Shown: positions 1 through 9,567, counted from the first letter of the stretch. The stretch is 54,544 nt of DNA from Desulfovibrio sp. Dsv1 (GCA_000403945.1 APFI01000050.1:1-54544); one strand, 5' to 3'. Made by a program: numbers and translations. The notes: a model not told the origin generated them from the sequence alone.

Positions 1-45
1 CTCATGAAATTCGATTACACGATTTTCATGACCTTTTCTGGAATT

Positions 46-430
46 ATGAAATGACTTTTAGTTCCTTGTAAACTGACCTAAATTGAACCGCAAATACCAA
101 TAGTCTTTGCGCCCAAATATCACTGTTAGGTTTTCCGCAGTGAGAAAAAACGGGCGGCGGACGAAATTCTCCGTAAGTTGTGTGAATGGAAGGACGTAAA
201 AATACCCGGGGCCGATGTTGTCCTGATCATATCTGCATGCTGCTCAAATACCTCCTGAGATGAACGTGCCGAATTTTATGGGCTACCTGAAGAGTAAAGG
301 CAGCCCGGTGCTGTATGGGCCATTCGGCGACCTGAAGTTTGAATATTGCAATAGGGAATTTTGGCGCCGTGGGCGGTACGTGGATACAGTGGGCAAGAAG
401 AAGGCAGAAATTCAAAAATACATGCAAGTA
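46..430 (+). pseudogene. tnpA: IS200/IS605-family TnpA (Y1 transposase) remnant
   Basis: Fragments in different frames: VFAPKY, ILRKLCEWK, PDHICML (HUH motif degraded), NFMGYLKSK, FGDLKF..NREFWRRG.YVDTVG..IQKY. Confidence 0.8.
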
Positions 431-454
431 ATCTATACCGCGCGGTAGATTGCC

Positions 455-883
455 ATGAAAGCCCTCGCCGTGCTCGCCTTTCTTCTTGGAGTGCTCGCCC
501 TGCTGCCGCATACGGCGAACATCTTCCAGGAGGACTCCTCATACCAGGCCGTGGCGGTCAACTATGCCGTCTACCGCAATGAGGTCTTCCGCTACGTCTA
601 TGAGCACCGGGGGCTTTCCGGCGATATCCCCCTTGCGTCCCTGAACATGCCCGAAAGCTGGCGCGCGCTGCGCGCATGGCGCGCCCGTGTGGATGCGGGC
701 CGCTGCTACGTCTATGGCGAAGCATCTCCGCAGGAGATCGCCGCCGTGCGTCGGCTTTTCCAGGGCAGTTTCGCCCTGGGCATGGCTGATTCCGGCCGTC
801 TGGTTCCGGTGCTCGGCAATGTCATAGCCGTGCCGGGCTTCATCCCCAACGGTTATCTGGTCAGTGTAACGGAGGTGGACTGA
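455..883 (+). CDS. pilM: Type IVb pilus protein, PilM-like
   Basis: 142 aa with N-terminal hydrophobic segment; stop overlaps pilV start. Confidence 0.6.
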   Translation: MKALAVLAFLLGVLALLPHTANIFQEDSSYQAVAVNYAVYRNEVFRYVYEHRGLSGDIPLASLNMPESWRALRAWRARVDAGRCYVYGEASPQEIAAVRRLFQGSFALGMADSGRLVPVLGNVIAVPGFIPNGYLVSVTEVD

Positions 884-2025
884 TGCATCTGCTCGGCACA
901 ATCGGCGCGATTATTGTCCTGATCATCATGATGCCGGGATTTCTCGGCTGGTGGGAAAGCGGCCATACGGCCACGCAACAGCGCATAGTGGCCAATCACA
1001 TGACGGCGGTGACGCGGGCGGCCCGGCAATATGTGAACCGGCATCAGGATACCTTGCTGACGCAGGCCTCGGCCAGCGCCGGGCCGTCCGTCAGCATCGC
1101 GGAACTGATCAATGAGGGCTTTCTCAGCGAAGGCTTTCATCCGCGCAACGCCTGGCTGCAAGAGTATCAGATCCATGTCCGACAACCACAGACCGGGACG
1201 CTGCAAGCCATTGTCCTGACCACGGGCGGGCGGAACAACGAGACGGACAAATTTCGAAACGTGACGGTGCCCGGAGCCGCCGCCCTGGTGGGCGGATCCG
1301 GTGGTTATGTTCCGTCCGGGGTGCTGCCCGGACAGACGGAAAATATGCTGCAAGGAGCCGGTAACGGCTGGATTCTTGATCTGGGATCCGTAGGCATAGC
1401 TTCACCTGGTTCCGGCCACCTGGGCGCGGTGTCGTCCTATGACTCATCCGCGCTTGGCCAGGATTTTCTCTATCGGGTGGCTGTACCCGGCCAGCCGGAG
1501 CTGAACGCCATGCAAACGGAGCTGGACATGACGGAGCATGCGATCCGGAATGTCTCGGAACTCCAGTTTGAGGAGAGGGAAATCACGGACGAGTCCTGCG
1601 CCAGCGCCGAAGATCAGGGCAGGGTGTTTCTGGACAGCATCCAGGGCCTCTATCTCTGCCGGAATGGATCTTTGGAAATCATCGGGGACACCGGCAACTC
1701 CGCGCCGCTGAAAAGCGTCACCGTGGCCAAAAACGGGGACCGGATCACAAAGCCGGTCTGCGCTCCCGGCACGGGCACGGCTCCGGCCATTTTCACGGCT
1801 CCCTCCATCGCGGAAGCCGGGCCGGAAGCGCCGCCCCTTACATCTTTCCAGACCTGGGCCACGTCACTGTCTGACACGGAATGGCAGGTCCACATGCGTG
1901 TCCAGACCGGCAGCAAGACGCTGGACGGCGCTGATGGCGACGGCTGGGTGTATCCCGCTGACGACTATGGCCGGATCATGGTGCTGGCTATGTGCATCAA
2001 GCAGCCGGAGACACCAACTCCATAG
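883..2025 (+). CDS. pilV: Type IVb pilus tip adhesin PilV (shufflon N-terminal constant domain)
   Basis: Pilin-like N-terminus; ELINEGFL..F..RNAWLQEY, QAIVLTTGG, GGSGGYV, DFLYRVAVPGQPELNAMQTELDM. Confidence 0.85.
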   Translation: MHLLGTIGAIIVLIIMMPGFLGWWESGHTATQQRIVANHMTAVTRAARQYVNRHQDTLLTQASASAGPSVSIAELINEGFLSEGFHPRNAWLQEYQIHVRQPQTGTLQAIVLTTGGRNNETDKFRNVTVPGAAALVGGSGGYVPSGVLPGQTENMLQGAGNGWILDLGSVGIASPGSGHLGAVSSYDSSALGQDFLYRVAVPGQPELNAMQTELDMTEHAIRNVSELQFEEREITDESCASAEDQGRVFLDSIQGLYLCRNGSLEIIGDTGNSAPLKSVTVAKNGDRITKPVCAPGTGTAPAIFTAPSIAEAGPEAPPLTSFQTWATSLSDTEWQVHMRVQTGSKTLDGADGDGWVYPADDYGRIMVLAMCIKQPETPTP

Positions 2026-2132
2026 GAGAGAGCATTATGAAGTGGATTCTGATCTGGATGGGATTCCCGGCATTACGGATTTTTTCTTTGGAGTAAAGAA
2101 CCACATAGCTGTTTCTCCAGATAGGTAATGAT

Positions 2133-2696
2133 ATGAAACAATACTGCTCCGCATATACAGAACCTTGCAAGCGCCTGGTCGGAGCCATGCTTTTCTTTTT
2201 GGCGTTGCTCCTTGCCGCTCCGGCCCATGCTGCCGCACTCCATGAGCGCCAGCAGGAATTGGAGCCGCTGTTTGACGCGCCCTGCGTCCGTTACCAGGTG
2301 CCCAAGGTGCTGGCCCTGGCCATCGCCCGTCAGGAGAGCGGCTGCCATCCGTGGATACTCAATATCTCAGGCCGCGACGTGCGGCCGCGCTCCAAGGAAG
2401 AAGCCCTGCGTTATGGCCATTGGGCCATGTGCGCCGGGCGCTCCTTCGACGTGGGCATCATGCAGGTCAACTCGTATTGGATTCGGAAGCACGGCTGGCC
2501 TCTGGAACAGGTCCTGGAGCCTGCCAACAACGTCAAAATAGGCGTCTGGATCCTGGCCCAGGAAATCCAGCGCCACGGCCTCAACTGGAAGGCAGTGGCC
2601 TACTACCATACACCGCTGCACCGTAACCCGGAACGGGGCAGGCAGTATGCCCAACTGGTTCTTGGACATGTGAAGAAGATTCTTGCGGAGAAGTAG
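2133..2696 (+). CDS. Lytic transglycosylase (SLT domain)
   Basis: AIARQES, DVGIMQVNS, NVKIGVWIL, AVAYYH; signal peptide; start may be 2187. Confidence 0.9.
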   Translation: MKQYCSAYTEPCKRLVGAMLFFLALLLAAPAHAAALHERQQELEPLFDAPCVRYQVPKVLALAIARQESGCHPWILNISGRDVRPRSKEEALRYGHWAMCAGRSFDVGIMQVNSYWIRKHGWPLEQVLEPANNVKIGVWILAQEIQRHGLNWKAVAYYHTPLHRNPERGRQYAQLVLGHVKKILAEK

Positions 2697-2708
2697 AATG
2701 CTGATGCG

Positions 2709-3032
2709 TTATGCCAGTCCGAGAACGATTTTCATGGACTCGTTGAGGGTGTTCAGGTCGTGCCGGGAGAGTTCACCGAGCTTCCTGCCGAAACGGCGCT
2801 TGTCCGCTGCGCATAGCTGGTCGCATACGGCAACGGATCGCGCACCGGCCGAAGGCATGGCAACAACAAGGGGCGGTCTTGGCCTGGCCGATGTGGACAG
2901 CGGCACGACCACTACAGTGCCCCGTGCACGGTTCAGCGCGTTGACCGTGAGAACGACCGCCGGGCGGCATTTCTGGATCTCCATGCCTTCGGAAGGATCA
3001 AAGTTGACCCACCAGACTTCACCCCTTTGCAT
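2709..3032 (-). CDS. PemK/MazF-family endoribonuclease toxin
   Basis: MQRGEVWWVNFDPSEGMEIQKCRPAVVL..VVPLST; GGAGG RBS before ATG 3032. Confidence 0.9.
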   Translation of the reverse strand: MQRGEVWWVNFDPSEGMEIQKCRPAVVLTVNALNRARGTVVVVPLSTSARPRPPLVVAMPSAGARSVAVCDQLCAADKRRFGRKLGELSRHDLNTLNESMKIVLGLA

Positions 3033-3279
3033 GGGCTGCCTCCGCACTGTCGGCCATACCTCTGATGCCGTCGCCGATCAGCCCTTCCCGCCATTCGCAC
3101 ATCTCGGCGTTCAAGGTCGCGTCCTGCTCCACATCAAGCGCTATCTGGTAGAGCGGGTCGTCCTCTTCGGGAAGAGCTTCCTGAAGCAGGCTGGTCACAA
3201 AAGCGCTGCGCTGACGAGGCGGTACGGCCTGTTTGAAACGCTCGGCCAGGTCGTCCGGAATATGAAAAAGAAGCTGCAT
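3019..3279 (-). CDS. Antitoxin, ribbon-helix-helix-like
   Basis: 86 aa, overlaps toxin start; beta-helix-helix N-terminus, acidic C-terminus; GGAG RBS. Confidence 0.75.
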   Translation of the reverse strand: MQLLFHIPDDLAERFKQAVPPRQRSAFVTSLLQEALPEEDDPLYQIALDVEQDATLNAEMCEWREGLIGDGIRGMADSAEAAHAKG

Positions 3280-3296
3280 GGCTGTTCTCCTTGCTT

Positions 3297-3320
3297 GTTA
3301 TCAATTATGATAACGTTATC
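3297..3320. promoter_or_regulatory. GTTATC-AATTAT-GATAAC-GTTATC alternating half-sites, probable TA operator
   Basis: Three exact half-sites directly upstream of the antitoxin RBS. Confidence 0.6.
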
Positions 3321-3371
3321 AATGATGCCTTTCAATCCTTTTTCCGGAATTTCTCCTCTGGGGGTTTCTCA

Positions 3372-5798
3372 ATGCTGAACCTCAAGGATTTCCGCTCCCA
3401 GGCCAGGGGACTGCCCGATTTGCTGACCTATGCGGCCCTGATTGAGCCGGGCATCATACTCCAGAAAGACGGCTCCTTCCTGGCCGCCTGGGAGATTCGC
3501 GGAGAAGACACGGCCAGCGCCACGCCGGATGAACTCGCTTATGTATCGCGGCAGTTCAGCAATGCCGTGGCTCGTCTCGGCACCGGCTGGATGCTCCATG
3601 TGGACGCCTGCCGCACACGGCAGCGGGCATATCCGGATGCTTCCCGCTCTCATTTTCCGGATCCTGTTTCTCAGGCCATCGAGGACGAACGCCGCGCCTT
3701 TTTTGGCGAAGGACTGTGTTACAGCACGGCCACGTTCCTGAGCGTCACGTTTCTGCCCAACTACAATGCGACCAAAATGGCGGGTGCCGCCACGGTGGGC
3801 GTGGAAACCATGTCGGCCCTGGAAAAAGGCCTCAAGACGTTCAAGGATACGCTTCTTGAATTTGAAGACGGATGTTCGGCCGTGCTGCGCATGCCCCGTC
3901 TTCAGGAATATGAGCTGTACGATGACTCAGACAGTCCGTTTTTGCACTCTGACTTGCTGGCCCACCTGCAAGCCTGCATTTCCGGGATACTGCAACCTGT
4001 GCGAGTTCCGGCCGCACCCATGTATCTTGACGGCGTACTTGGCAGCCGTCACCTCGTCGGCGGTCTGATCCCGCGCCTGGAAGACGGTCTGGACAAAATA
4101 CACCTGGCCGTCCTTTCGATAGACGGCCTGCCGCAAGAATCCTGGCCCGCCATGTTCGCGGCTCTGGATTCCATGCCCTTTGAGCTGCGCTATTCCACGC
4201 GCTTCATCTGTTTGGACCAGTATGACGCCGAAAGGGAAATCACAACCTACGTCAAGGGCTGGAATCAGCGCGTTGTGGGCTTTCTGGACCAGTTCATCAA
4301 TAATCCCAACGCCAGGGTCAACCGCGACGCCCTACGCATGCGCGAAGACGCGGAAGAAGCCAGGCTCGAAGTGCAATCCGGCCATGTGGGCGCGGGCTAC
4401 CTGTCCTCCACCATCATCCTCATGGATGAGGATGTGGAAGCGCTTCAGGACAACGCCCGCGAACTGCGTCGGACGATCCAGACCCAGGGCTTCGGCTGTC
4501 GGATTGAGTCCATCAATGCCCTGGAAGCTTGGCTGGGCAGCCTGCCCGGCAACGGCTACGCCAATGTCCGCCGTCCGTTGCTGACCACCCTGAATCTGGC
4601 GGATCTTCTGCCCTTGCAGTCGGTCTGGACCGGCAACCCCTCCTGCCCGTGTCCCTTCTACCCGCCTGATTCCCCGCCTCTGGCGGTCTTTCTGACCGAT
4701 GGCTCCACACCGTTCTGGTTCAACCTCCATGACGGCGATCTGGCCCATACGGCCATTTTCGGGCCTACCGGCTCAGGCAAGTCCACGCTGCTGGCCACCA
4801 TAGCCGCGCAATTCCTGCGCTATGAGCATGGGCGGATTTTCGCCTTTGACAAGGGCAACTCTCTTTTTCCCCTCTGTGACGGTACGGGCGGCGATCACTA
4901 TGAGATCGCCATGGAAGACAGCCTGTGCTTCACGCCCCTTCAGCGCATTGACGAAAGCGCCACGGAAATGGCCTGGGCGGAAAACTGGATCGAAAGCCTG
5001 CTGGAACTACAGGGTATGGTCGTGTTGCCGGCGCATCGTGAGGCTATCCACAATGCGATGGCCGGACTGGCCACACAGCCGGAACACATGCGCACCCTGT
5101 CGCACTACATGGACGCGGTACAGGACATCTCCATCCGGCAGGCGTTGGCCTATTACACGCAACGCGGCGCTATAGGCATGCTGCTGGACGCCAGGACGGA
5201 CAATCTGGGCACGTCGCCTTTCATCGTCTTTGAAATGGAAGAACTGATGAAAAAGGGGGACCGCAACCTGATCCCCGTGCTGACGTATCTCTTTCACCGC
5301 ATTGAGAAGGCTCTGGACGGAAAACCCGCGCTGCTGATTCTGGATGAAGCGTGGGTCATGCTTGGCCATCCGGTCTTCCGCGACAAGATCCGCGAATGGT
5401 TCAAGGTGCTGCGCAAGGCCAACTGCGGCGTGATTCTGGCCACGCAGAACCTTTCCGACGCCAAAAACAGCGGCATTATGGATGTGATCATCACGTCCTG
5501 CCCCACGGTCATTTATCTGCCCAACAGACAGGCCCGTAACGACGACGAGTACGCCTTCTACCGGAGCTGCGGCCTCAATGATCGCCAGATCGGAATTCTG
5601 GTCAACGCCACCCCCAAGCGGGACTACTACATGGTCAATCCCTCCGGACGCCGTATCTTTCAGCTCGGTTTGGGGCCGGTGGCGCTGTCTTTCACCGGCG
5701 TTTCCGACAAGGAAGGCATTGCACGGATCAAGGCACTTAAACAGCTATATGGCAAAGACTGGCCCCGGATTTGGCTCAAAGAACGCAATGCCGCCTAA
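3372..5798 (+). CDS. trbE: T4SS ATPase TrbE (VirB4)
   Basis: LPDLLTYA N-terminus, Walker A GPTGSGKST, Walker B LLILDEAW. Confidence 0.95.
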   Translation: MLNLKDFRSQARGLPDLLTYAALIEPGIILQKDGSFLAAWEIRGEDTASATPDELAYVSRQFSNAVARLGTGWMLHVDACRTRQRAYPDASRSHFPDPVSQAIEDERRAFFGEGLCYSTATFLSVTFLPNYNATKMAGAATVGVETMSALEKGLKTFKDTLLEFEDGCSAVLRMPRLQEYELYDDSDSPFLHSDLLAHLQACISGILQPVRVPAAPMYLDGVLGSRHLVGGLIPRLEDGLDKIHLAVLSIDGLPQESWPAMFAALDSMPFELRYSTRFICLDQYDAEREITTYVKGWNQRVVGFLDQFINNPNARVNRDALRMREDAEEARLEVQSGHVGAGYLSSTIILMDEDVEALQDNARELRRTIQTQGFGCRIESINALEAWLGSLPGNGYANVRRPLLTTLNLADLLPLQSVWTGNPSCPCPFYPPDSPPLAVFLTDGSTPFWFNLHDGDLAHTAIFGPTGSGKSTLLATIAAQFLRYEHGRIFAFDKGNSLFPLCDGTGGDHYEIAMEDSLCFTPLQRIDESATEMAWAENWIESLLELQGMVVLPAHREAIHNAMAGLATQPEHMRTLSHYMDAVQDISIRQALAYYTQRGAIGMLLDARTDNLGTSPFIVFEMEELMKKGDRNLIPVLTYLFHRIEKALDGKPALLILDEAWVMLGHPVFRDKIREWFKVLRKANCGVILATQNLSDAKNSGIMDVIITSCPTVIYLPNRQARNDDEYAFYRSCGLNDRQIGILVNATPKRDYYMVNPSGRRIFQLGLGPVALSFTGVSDKEGIARIKALKQLYGKDWPRIWLKERNAA

Positions 5799-5814
5799 CT
5801 CCAAGGAGAAAAAT

Positions 5815-6609
5815 ATGCGCATGTCATTGCCTCTGATTTTCCTTTTGGCTTTCTGTATTCCCATGAATGTCCACGCCAAGGTTGTGTACTGCACAAATTG
5901 CAGCAACAGGGTGACGCAGGCCATTGAGAAGGCCACCGGGCTTGAACAGCTCAAAACACTGATGAAGGAGTATGACGAAGCCATCCAGCAAACAGCCGCT
6001 CAACTCCAGATGGTGCAGCAGAATATCGAGCAATATACCAATATGGTGCAGAACACCGTCATGTTGCCCGCGAACATGATCCGGAAGATTTCCAACGAGC
6101 TTTCCAGAGTCGGCAGGATCACCAGCGCCCTGAACACCATGCGCAATGACGTTATGGGGCTGGGGAACGTCTTTGACGGCCTTTATCAGACTCAGGCCGA
6201 ACTGAAGAATCTGGCCAACATGCCTCGGAGCATGCTGAGTCAGGGCGGCATGACCTACCGCACCAGCTGGGACAATTGGAGCCGCCGGGTGGACGATTCC
6301 ACCAGGGCGACTTTCCAGCTTTCCGGAAGCCAGCTCAAGGAGCTGGAGGAGTCCGGTGAACTGGAAGCCTACATGAATGAATTGCTGTCCACCCCGGACG
6401 GCCAGCAGAAGGCGCTCATGGCTGGCAATCAGCTTGCCGCCCTGCAAATACAGGAGGCTCGTCAGCTCCGTGAACTCATTGCCACAAAGGTTCAGTCGGA
6501 TCTGGCGAGCCAGGATAAGGCTGAGAAGGAAAGTCAGATGGGACAGGAACGCGAGAGATACATGCTCAAAGCAAGATTGGGCACAAATTCACGTTCTGAT
6601 CCGTTTTAA
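5815..6609 (+). CDS. trbJ: P-type conjugative transfer protein TrbJ
   Basis: Signal peptide, VYCTNCS, QYTNMVQNT, GQQKALMAGNQLAA; AAGGAG RBS. Confidence 0.9.
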   Translation: MRMSLPLIFLLAFCIPMNVHAKVVYCTNCSNRVTQAIEKATGLEQLKTLMKEYDEAIQQTAAQLQMVQQNIEQYTNMVQNTVMLPANMIRKISNELSRVGRITSALNTMRNDVMGLGNVFDGLYQTQAELKNLANMPRSMLSQGGMTYRTSWDNWSRRVDDSTRATFQLSGSQLKELEESGELEAYMNELLSTPDGQQKALMAGNQLAALQIQEARQLRELIATKVQSDLASQDKAEKESQMGQERERYMLKARLGTNSRSDPF

Positions 6610-6950
6610 TCTATGCCACAGAGTTTTCTTACATCTTCCTTTTTGAGGTTGGTGTCACGTGTCACGAGTTTATAATCCTCTTTGTCTCCAATTGCTTTTG
6701 TAATTGTTATGATATCAGTATCTTTTTTTTCGACATAAGAAGGAACATTTGAATGATCTATAAACAGCTCAACCTTGCTATTTGTTTTGGAATTTATTTT
6801 GTAATCAAGCCCAAAAAATTTGTTCTCAGTAATTCTAAAAAGAACTGATGGTGTTTCTTGAGATTGCCACCAACCATAGATATCAAATGCAAGGGACTTA
6901 GAGGGCAGAAAAATGCAAAACAGAAAAATTATGAAAACAGCTTTCTTCAT
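6606..6950 (-). CDS. Small exported AT-rich protein in the trbK (entry exclusion) position
   Basis: 114 aa, MKKAVF..SLA signal peptide, GGAG RBS, no lipobox. Confidence 0.6.
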   Translation of the reverse strand: MKKAVFIIFLFCIFLPSKSLAFDIYGWWQSQETPSVLFRITENKFFGLDYKINSKTNSKVELFIDHSNVPSYVEKKDTDIITITKAIGDKEDYKLVTRDTNLKKEDVRKLCGID

Positions 6951-8043
6951 TGGAGTTCTCCTTTTTGTTTTATGCTGCTGTGATAATAGCACTGTTTTTG
7001 CAATGCAAGGTGATACAATAGTATCGGATATTGTTGCAAAATTTCATAATGAACTGTCCAAATATGAATCCGTCATGCTCAAGTATGCCAAGGTTCTCTT
7101 CTATTGGTGCGCTGTTCTTGAAGTTGCCTGGCTTGGCATAAAAATGGCTCTCGACACTTCTGAGATACGCGAAACAATCAAAAACTTCTGCTTTGTGCTA
7201 CTTGCCGCCGGATTTTTCCTCGCGGTCATCAACAACTATCACATATGGGCTTGGAACGTCATCAACGGCCTAAAGGCAATTGCTGGAGAGGCAACGACCA
7301 TTGTTGATGCTTCTGATAGACCATTTACAGTTGGGCTTAAATTGGCACAAGATGTTTTTGAAATGGGAGGGTTTAATCCTGTAAATCTTATAGTGTATGT
7401 TTTGGCCGGAATGGCAATCTTGTTCTGTTTTGCCCTCATTACTCTGCAAATTATTCTTATCAAATGTGAATGTATAGTGGCCATGTGCGCGTCGTCCATA
7501 CTTCTTGGCCTTGGCGCGGCATCATTTTTTCGGGATTACGCCATCAATGCCCTGCGCTATGTCTTTGCCGTGGCCTTCAAGCTCATGGTCATGCAGCTCG
7601 TCATGGGCGTTGGCATCAACTTCATACAACAGCTTAAAATTTCGAAAGACATGGGCTGGGACCAGATCGGCCTCACCATCTGCTTCTGCGTCATCTTCTA
7701 CTGCCTTGTCAAGCAACTCCCGGACACGGTAGCGGGTATCATCCAGGGCTCGCACGTCAGCTCCGGCCAGGCGTTGACATCCACGGTCATGGCTATTGGC
7801 GCGGGCATGATGGGCGCGGGCATGGCAGCCGGTTCCGGCATGGCCAACATTGGCAGAGCCGCCCAGGCCGCAAAGGCCCAGGGCGCGGAAGGCGTGGGCG
7901 GCATGATCAAGGGCACGGCCAGCAATCTCTGGAATGCCACGCGGGAGGCCAGCCACAACAAGGGACAACGCAATAATACAGTTGCTTCGTCACTGCGGGA
8001 ACGGATCGAAGCCGCCCGCATCAACAGGGACGGGAAGGATTAA
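6913..8043 (+). CDS. trbL: P-type conjugative transfer protein TrbL (VirB6)
   Basis: Multiple TM segments, FRDYAINALRYVFAVAFKL, Gly/Ala-rich tail; start uncertain (6913, 6931 or 7003). Confidence 0.9.
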   Translation: MQNRKIMKTAFFIGVLLFVLCCCDNSTVFAMQGDTIVSDIVAKFHNELSKYESVMLKYAKVLFYWCAVLEVAWLGIKMALDTSEIRETIKNFCFVLLAAGFFLAVINNYHIWAWNVINGLKAIAGEATTIVDASDRPFTVGLKLAQDVFEMGGFNPVNLIVYVLAGMAILFCFALITLQIILIKCECIVAMCASSILLGLGAASFFRDYAINALRYVFAVAFKLMVMQLVMGVGINFIQQLKISKDMGWDQIGLTICFCVIFYCLVKQLPDTVAGIIQGSHVSSGQALTSTVMAIGAGMMGAGMAAGSGMANIGRAAQAAKAQGAEGVGGMIKGTASNLWNATREASHNKGQRNNTVASSLRERIEAARINRDGKD

Positions 8044-8078
8044 CGCCATGAGCAAGAAAGATGGATTAAGGAATTGTT
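8031..8078 (+). repeat. Direct repeat A copy 1 (trbL end plus leader)
   Basis: cgggaaggattaacgccatgagcaagaaagatggattaaggaattgtt, near-identical to 9643-9691. Confidence 0.9.
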
Positions 8079-8080
8079 CT

Positions 8081-8683
8081 ATGAATCCTGATAGTGAAAA
8101 GAATTCCCCATTGCTGCAAGAATATTTTGATAAACACCATGATCAACATCTTGCGGAATTGCACCGCAGGAGGACTGTAAGTTGGAGGATGGAAGAAGCT
8201 TTTGAAAAAAGTGATGGAACGATTCCGGACGCATTTTATCGCTTCTTTGACGGCGAAATGCGCCTGGCATGTGGCCATTCGGCAAAATGTATTGTATATA
8301 TGCCTGATTTTGGCATTAACAAGGAGCATAACCGAAAAGGTAAAATCATCATTGAGATTGTTTCTCGAAATACCTCCTGGGATCAGGTGGAAGATTGTTT
8401 TGAATTGCAGCTTGCCAGAAAAGCAAGACTTCAGGATGTCAAAGTAGACTATCTTGAGCGCAAAGATCTGGCAGCGGACGATGATATTGTCAGATATTAC
8501 AATATGTTCATCAGTTGGGACGACGCTATTCCTCTTGTTCAGCGCGTCTTGTTCTGCTCCCTTTTCAGACAACGTTTTCTGATGACCACGGCGTCCCGGA
8601 ACCTGGGTTCAATAACGACACACCGTTTCTTGTCCAGCATGGGGCAGGTACTTTCTTTCAGATCGTGCGTGCTGAATGAATAG
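8081..8683 (+). CDS. Hypothetical cargo protein
   Basis: AT-rich ORF with TAAGGA RBS (in-frame ATG also at 8048); last ~145 bp overlap the convergent gene, so may be truncated. Confidence 0.5.
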   Translation: MNPDSEKNSPLLQEYFDKHHDQHLAELHRRRTVSWRMEEAFEKSDGTIPDAFYRFFDGEMRLACGHSAKCIVYMPDFGINKEHNRKGKIIIEIVSRNTSWDQVEDCFELQLARKARLQDVKVDYLERKDLAADDDIVRYYNMFISWDDAIPLVQRVLFCSLFRQRFLMTTASRNLGSITTHRFLSSMGQVLSFRSCVLNE

Positions 8684-9537
8684 ACGCTGCATACTTCACC
8701 AGAGGCGGCATAAGCGCTCAGCTCCTCCAGAAAAGCCGCCCTGTAGTGATCAGGGTTGATGAGTGTGCATGCCGCCAGTTCTGTAAAATCAGGATGGTAA
8801 TACTTCAGCGCATTTTTATATTTGATGAGATATCCGTGTTGAATTTCATGGACAGTAGCCTCACCGCAGAAAATATATGGGGTTGTATAATGCTCTTTCA
8901 AGGAACTGAGCATCAAAAACGCATTAAGATAGTTGGCGTTTTGACGGTTCGGCAACGACAACCGCACTTTTGCGCGCAAGCCGTCGCCGCCTGCGTCATC
9001 AAGCTTCAGTGCCATGTCGACAACAAGCCCAAGGCGTTTTGTCTTTTGCGGTACGGCGCAACGAGCCCTGCAAAAAGCCCGTTCTTCGGAAGCTCCGTTT
9101 TGCCTGTACTCCCGTGTCTTGCGAGTCACGGCATCCATGAACTCACGCGGCGCAAATTCTTCCACAAAGGCATCCGGCAACAGCTCTGTGTCAATGCCGT
9201 TTATTTTTTTCAAGAGATTGGCGTCAGGGAAGTCGGTAGTGAATTCATCCTTGTGCCCAAGGATGTAGTCAGTATGTCGTCCCAAAACCTCATATTGGCA
9301 GTTTTCAGCATGCCTATGGCCGGGGGTGGTTCGGAAATGTGGCGTAAAACCGCAGTCTGGATTGCGCGGATCGCAGCAGACAGCGGTGATTCGGGTGCGT
9401 GGCATCGCCATGCGGCAGTTCTCATCCGGGCACATCAGTTCAGGGGTGCGACCGGTTTCCATGATGAAGTCCGCCACGTCATCCGGTTCCAGCATCCTCT
9501 CGCTTTCCATGTGCCACACATAACGGAATTTAGGCAT
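8539..9537 (-). CDS. Hypothetical protein with N-terminal Cys/His zinc-binding module
   Basis: 332 aa, GAGG RBS, CPDENC...PHFR...H.ENC.Y. Confidence 0.75.
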   Translation of the reverse strand: MPKFRYVWHMESERMLEPDDVADFIMETGRTPELMCPDENCRMAMPRTRITAVCCDPRNPDCGFTPHFRTTPGHRHAENCQYEVLGRHTDYILGHKDEFTTDFPDANLLKKINGIDTELLPDAFVEEFAPREFMDAVTRKTREYRQNGASEERAFCRARCAVPQKTKRLGLVVDMALKLDDAGGDGLRAKVRLSLPNRQNANYLNAFLMLSSLKEHYTTPYIFCGEATVHEIQHGYLIKYKNALKYYHPDFTELAACTLINPDHYRAAFLEELSAYAASGEVCSVYSFSTHDLKESTCPMLDKKRCVVIEPRFRDAVVIRKRCLKREQNKTR

Positions 9538-9567
9538 ACGGCCTCACTTCGTTGATCAATATGAGAG

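Noticed and set aside
428..453. Imperfect hairpin at the IS200/pilM junction as an IS end
   Set aside because: Imperfect and overlapping the truncated tnpA; cannot be assigned
2037..2096. 19-aa ORF MKWILIWMGFPALRIFSLE with a good RBS
   Set aside because: Too short to support; more likely the stub of a deleted gene
1640..2130. Shufflon after pilV
   Set aside because: No repeated sfx-like sites, alternative C-terminal segments or rci recombinase visible
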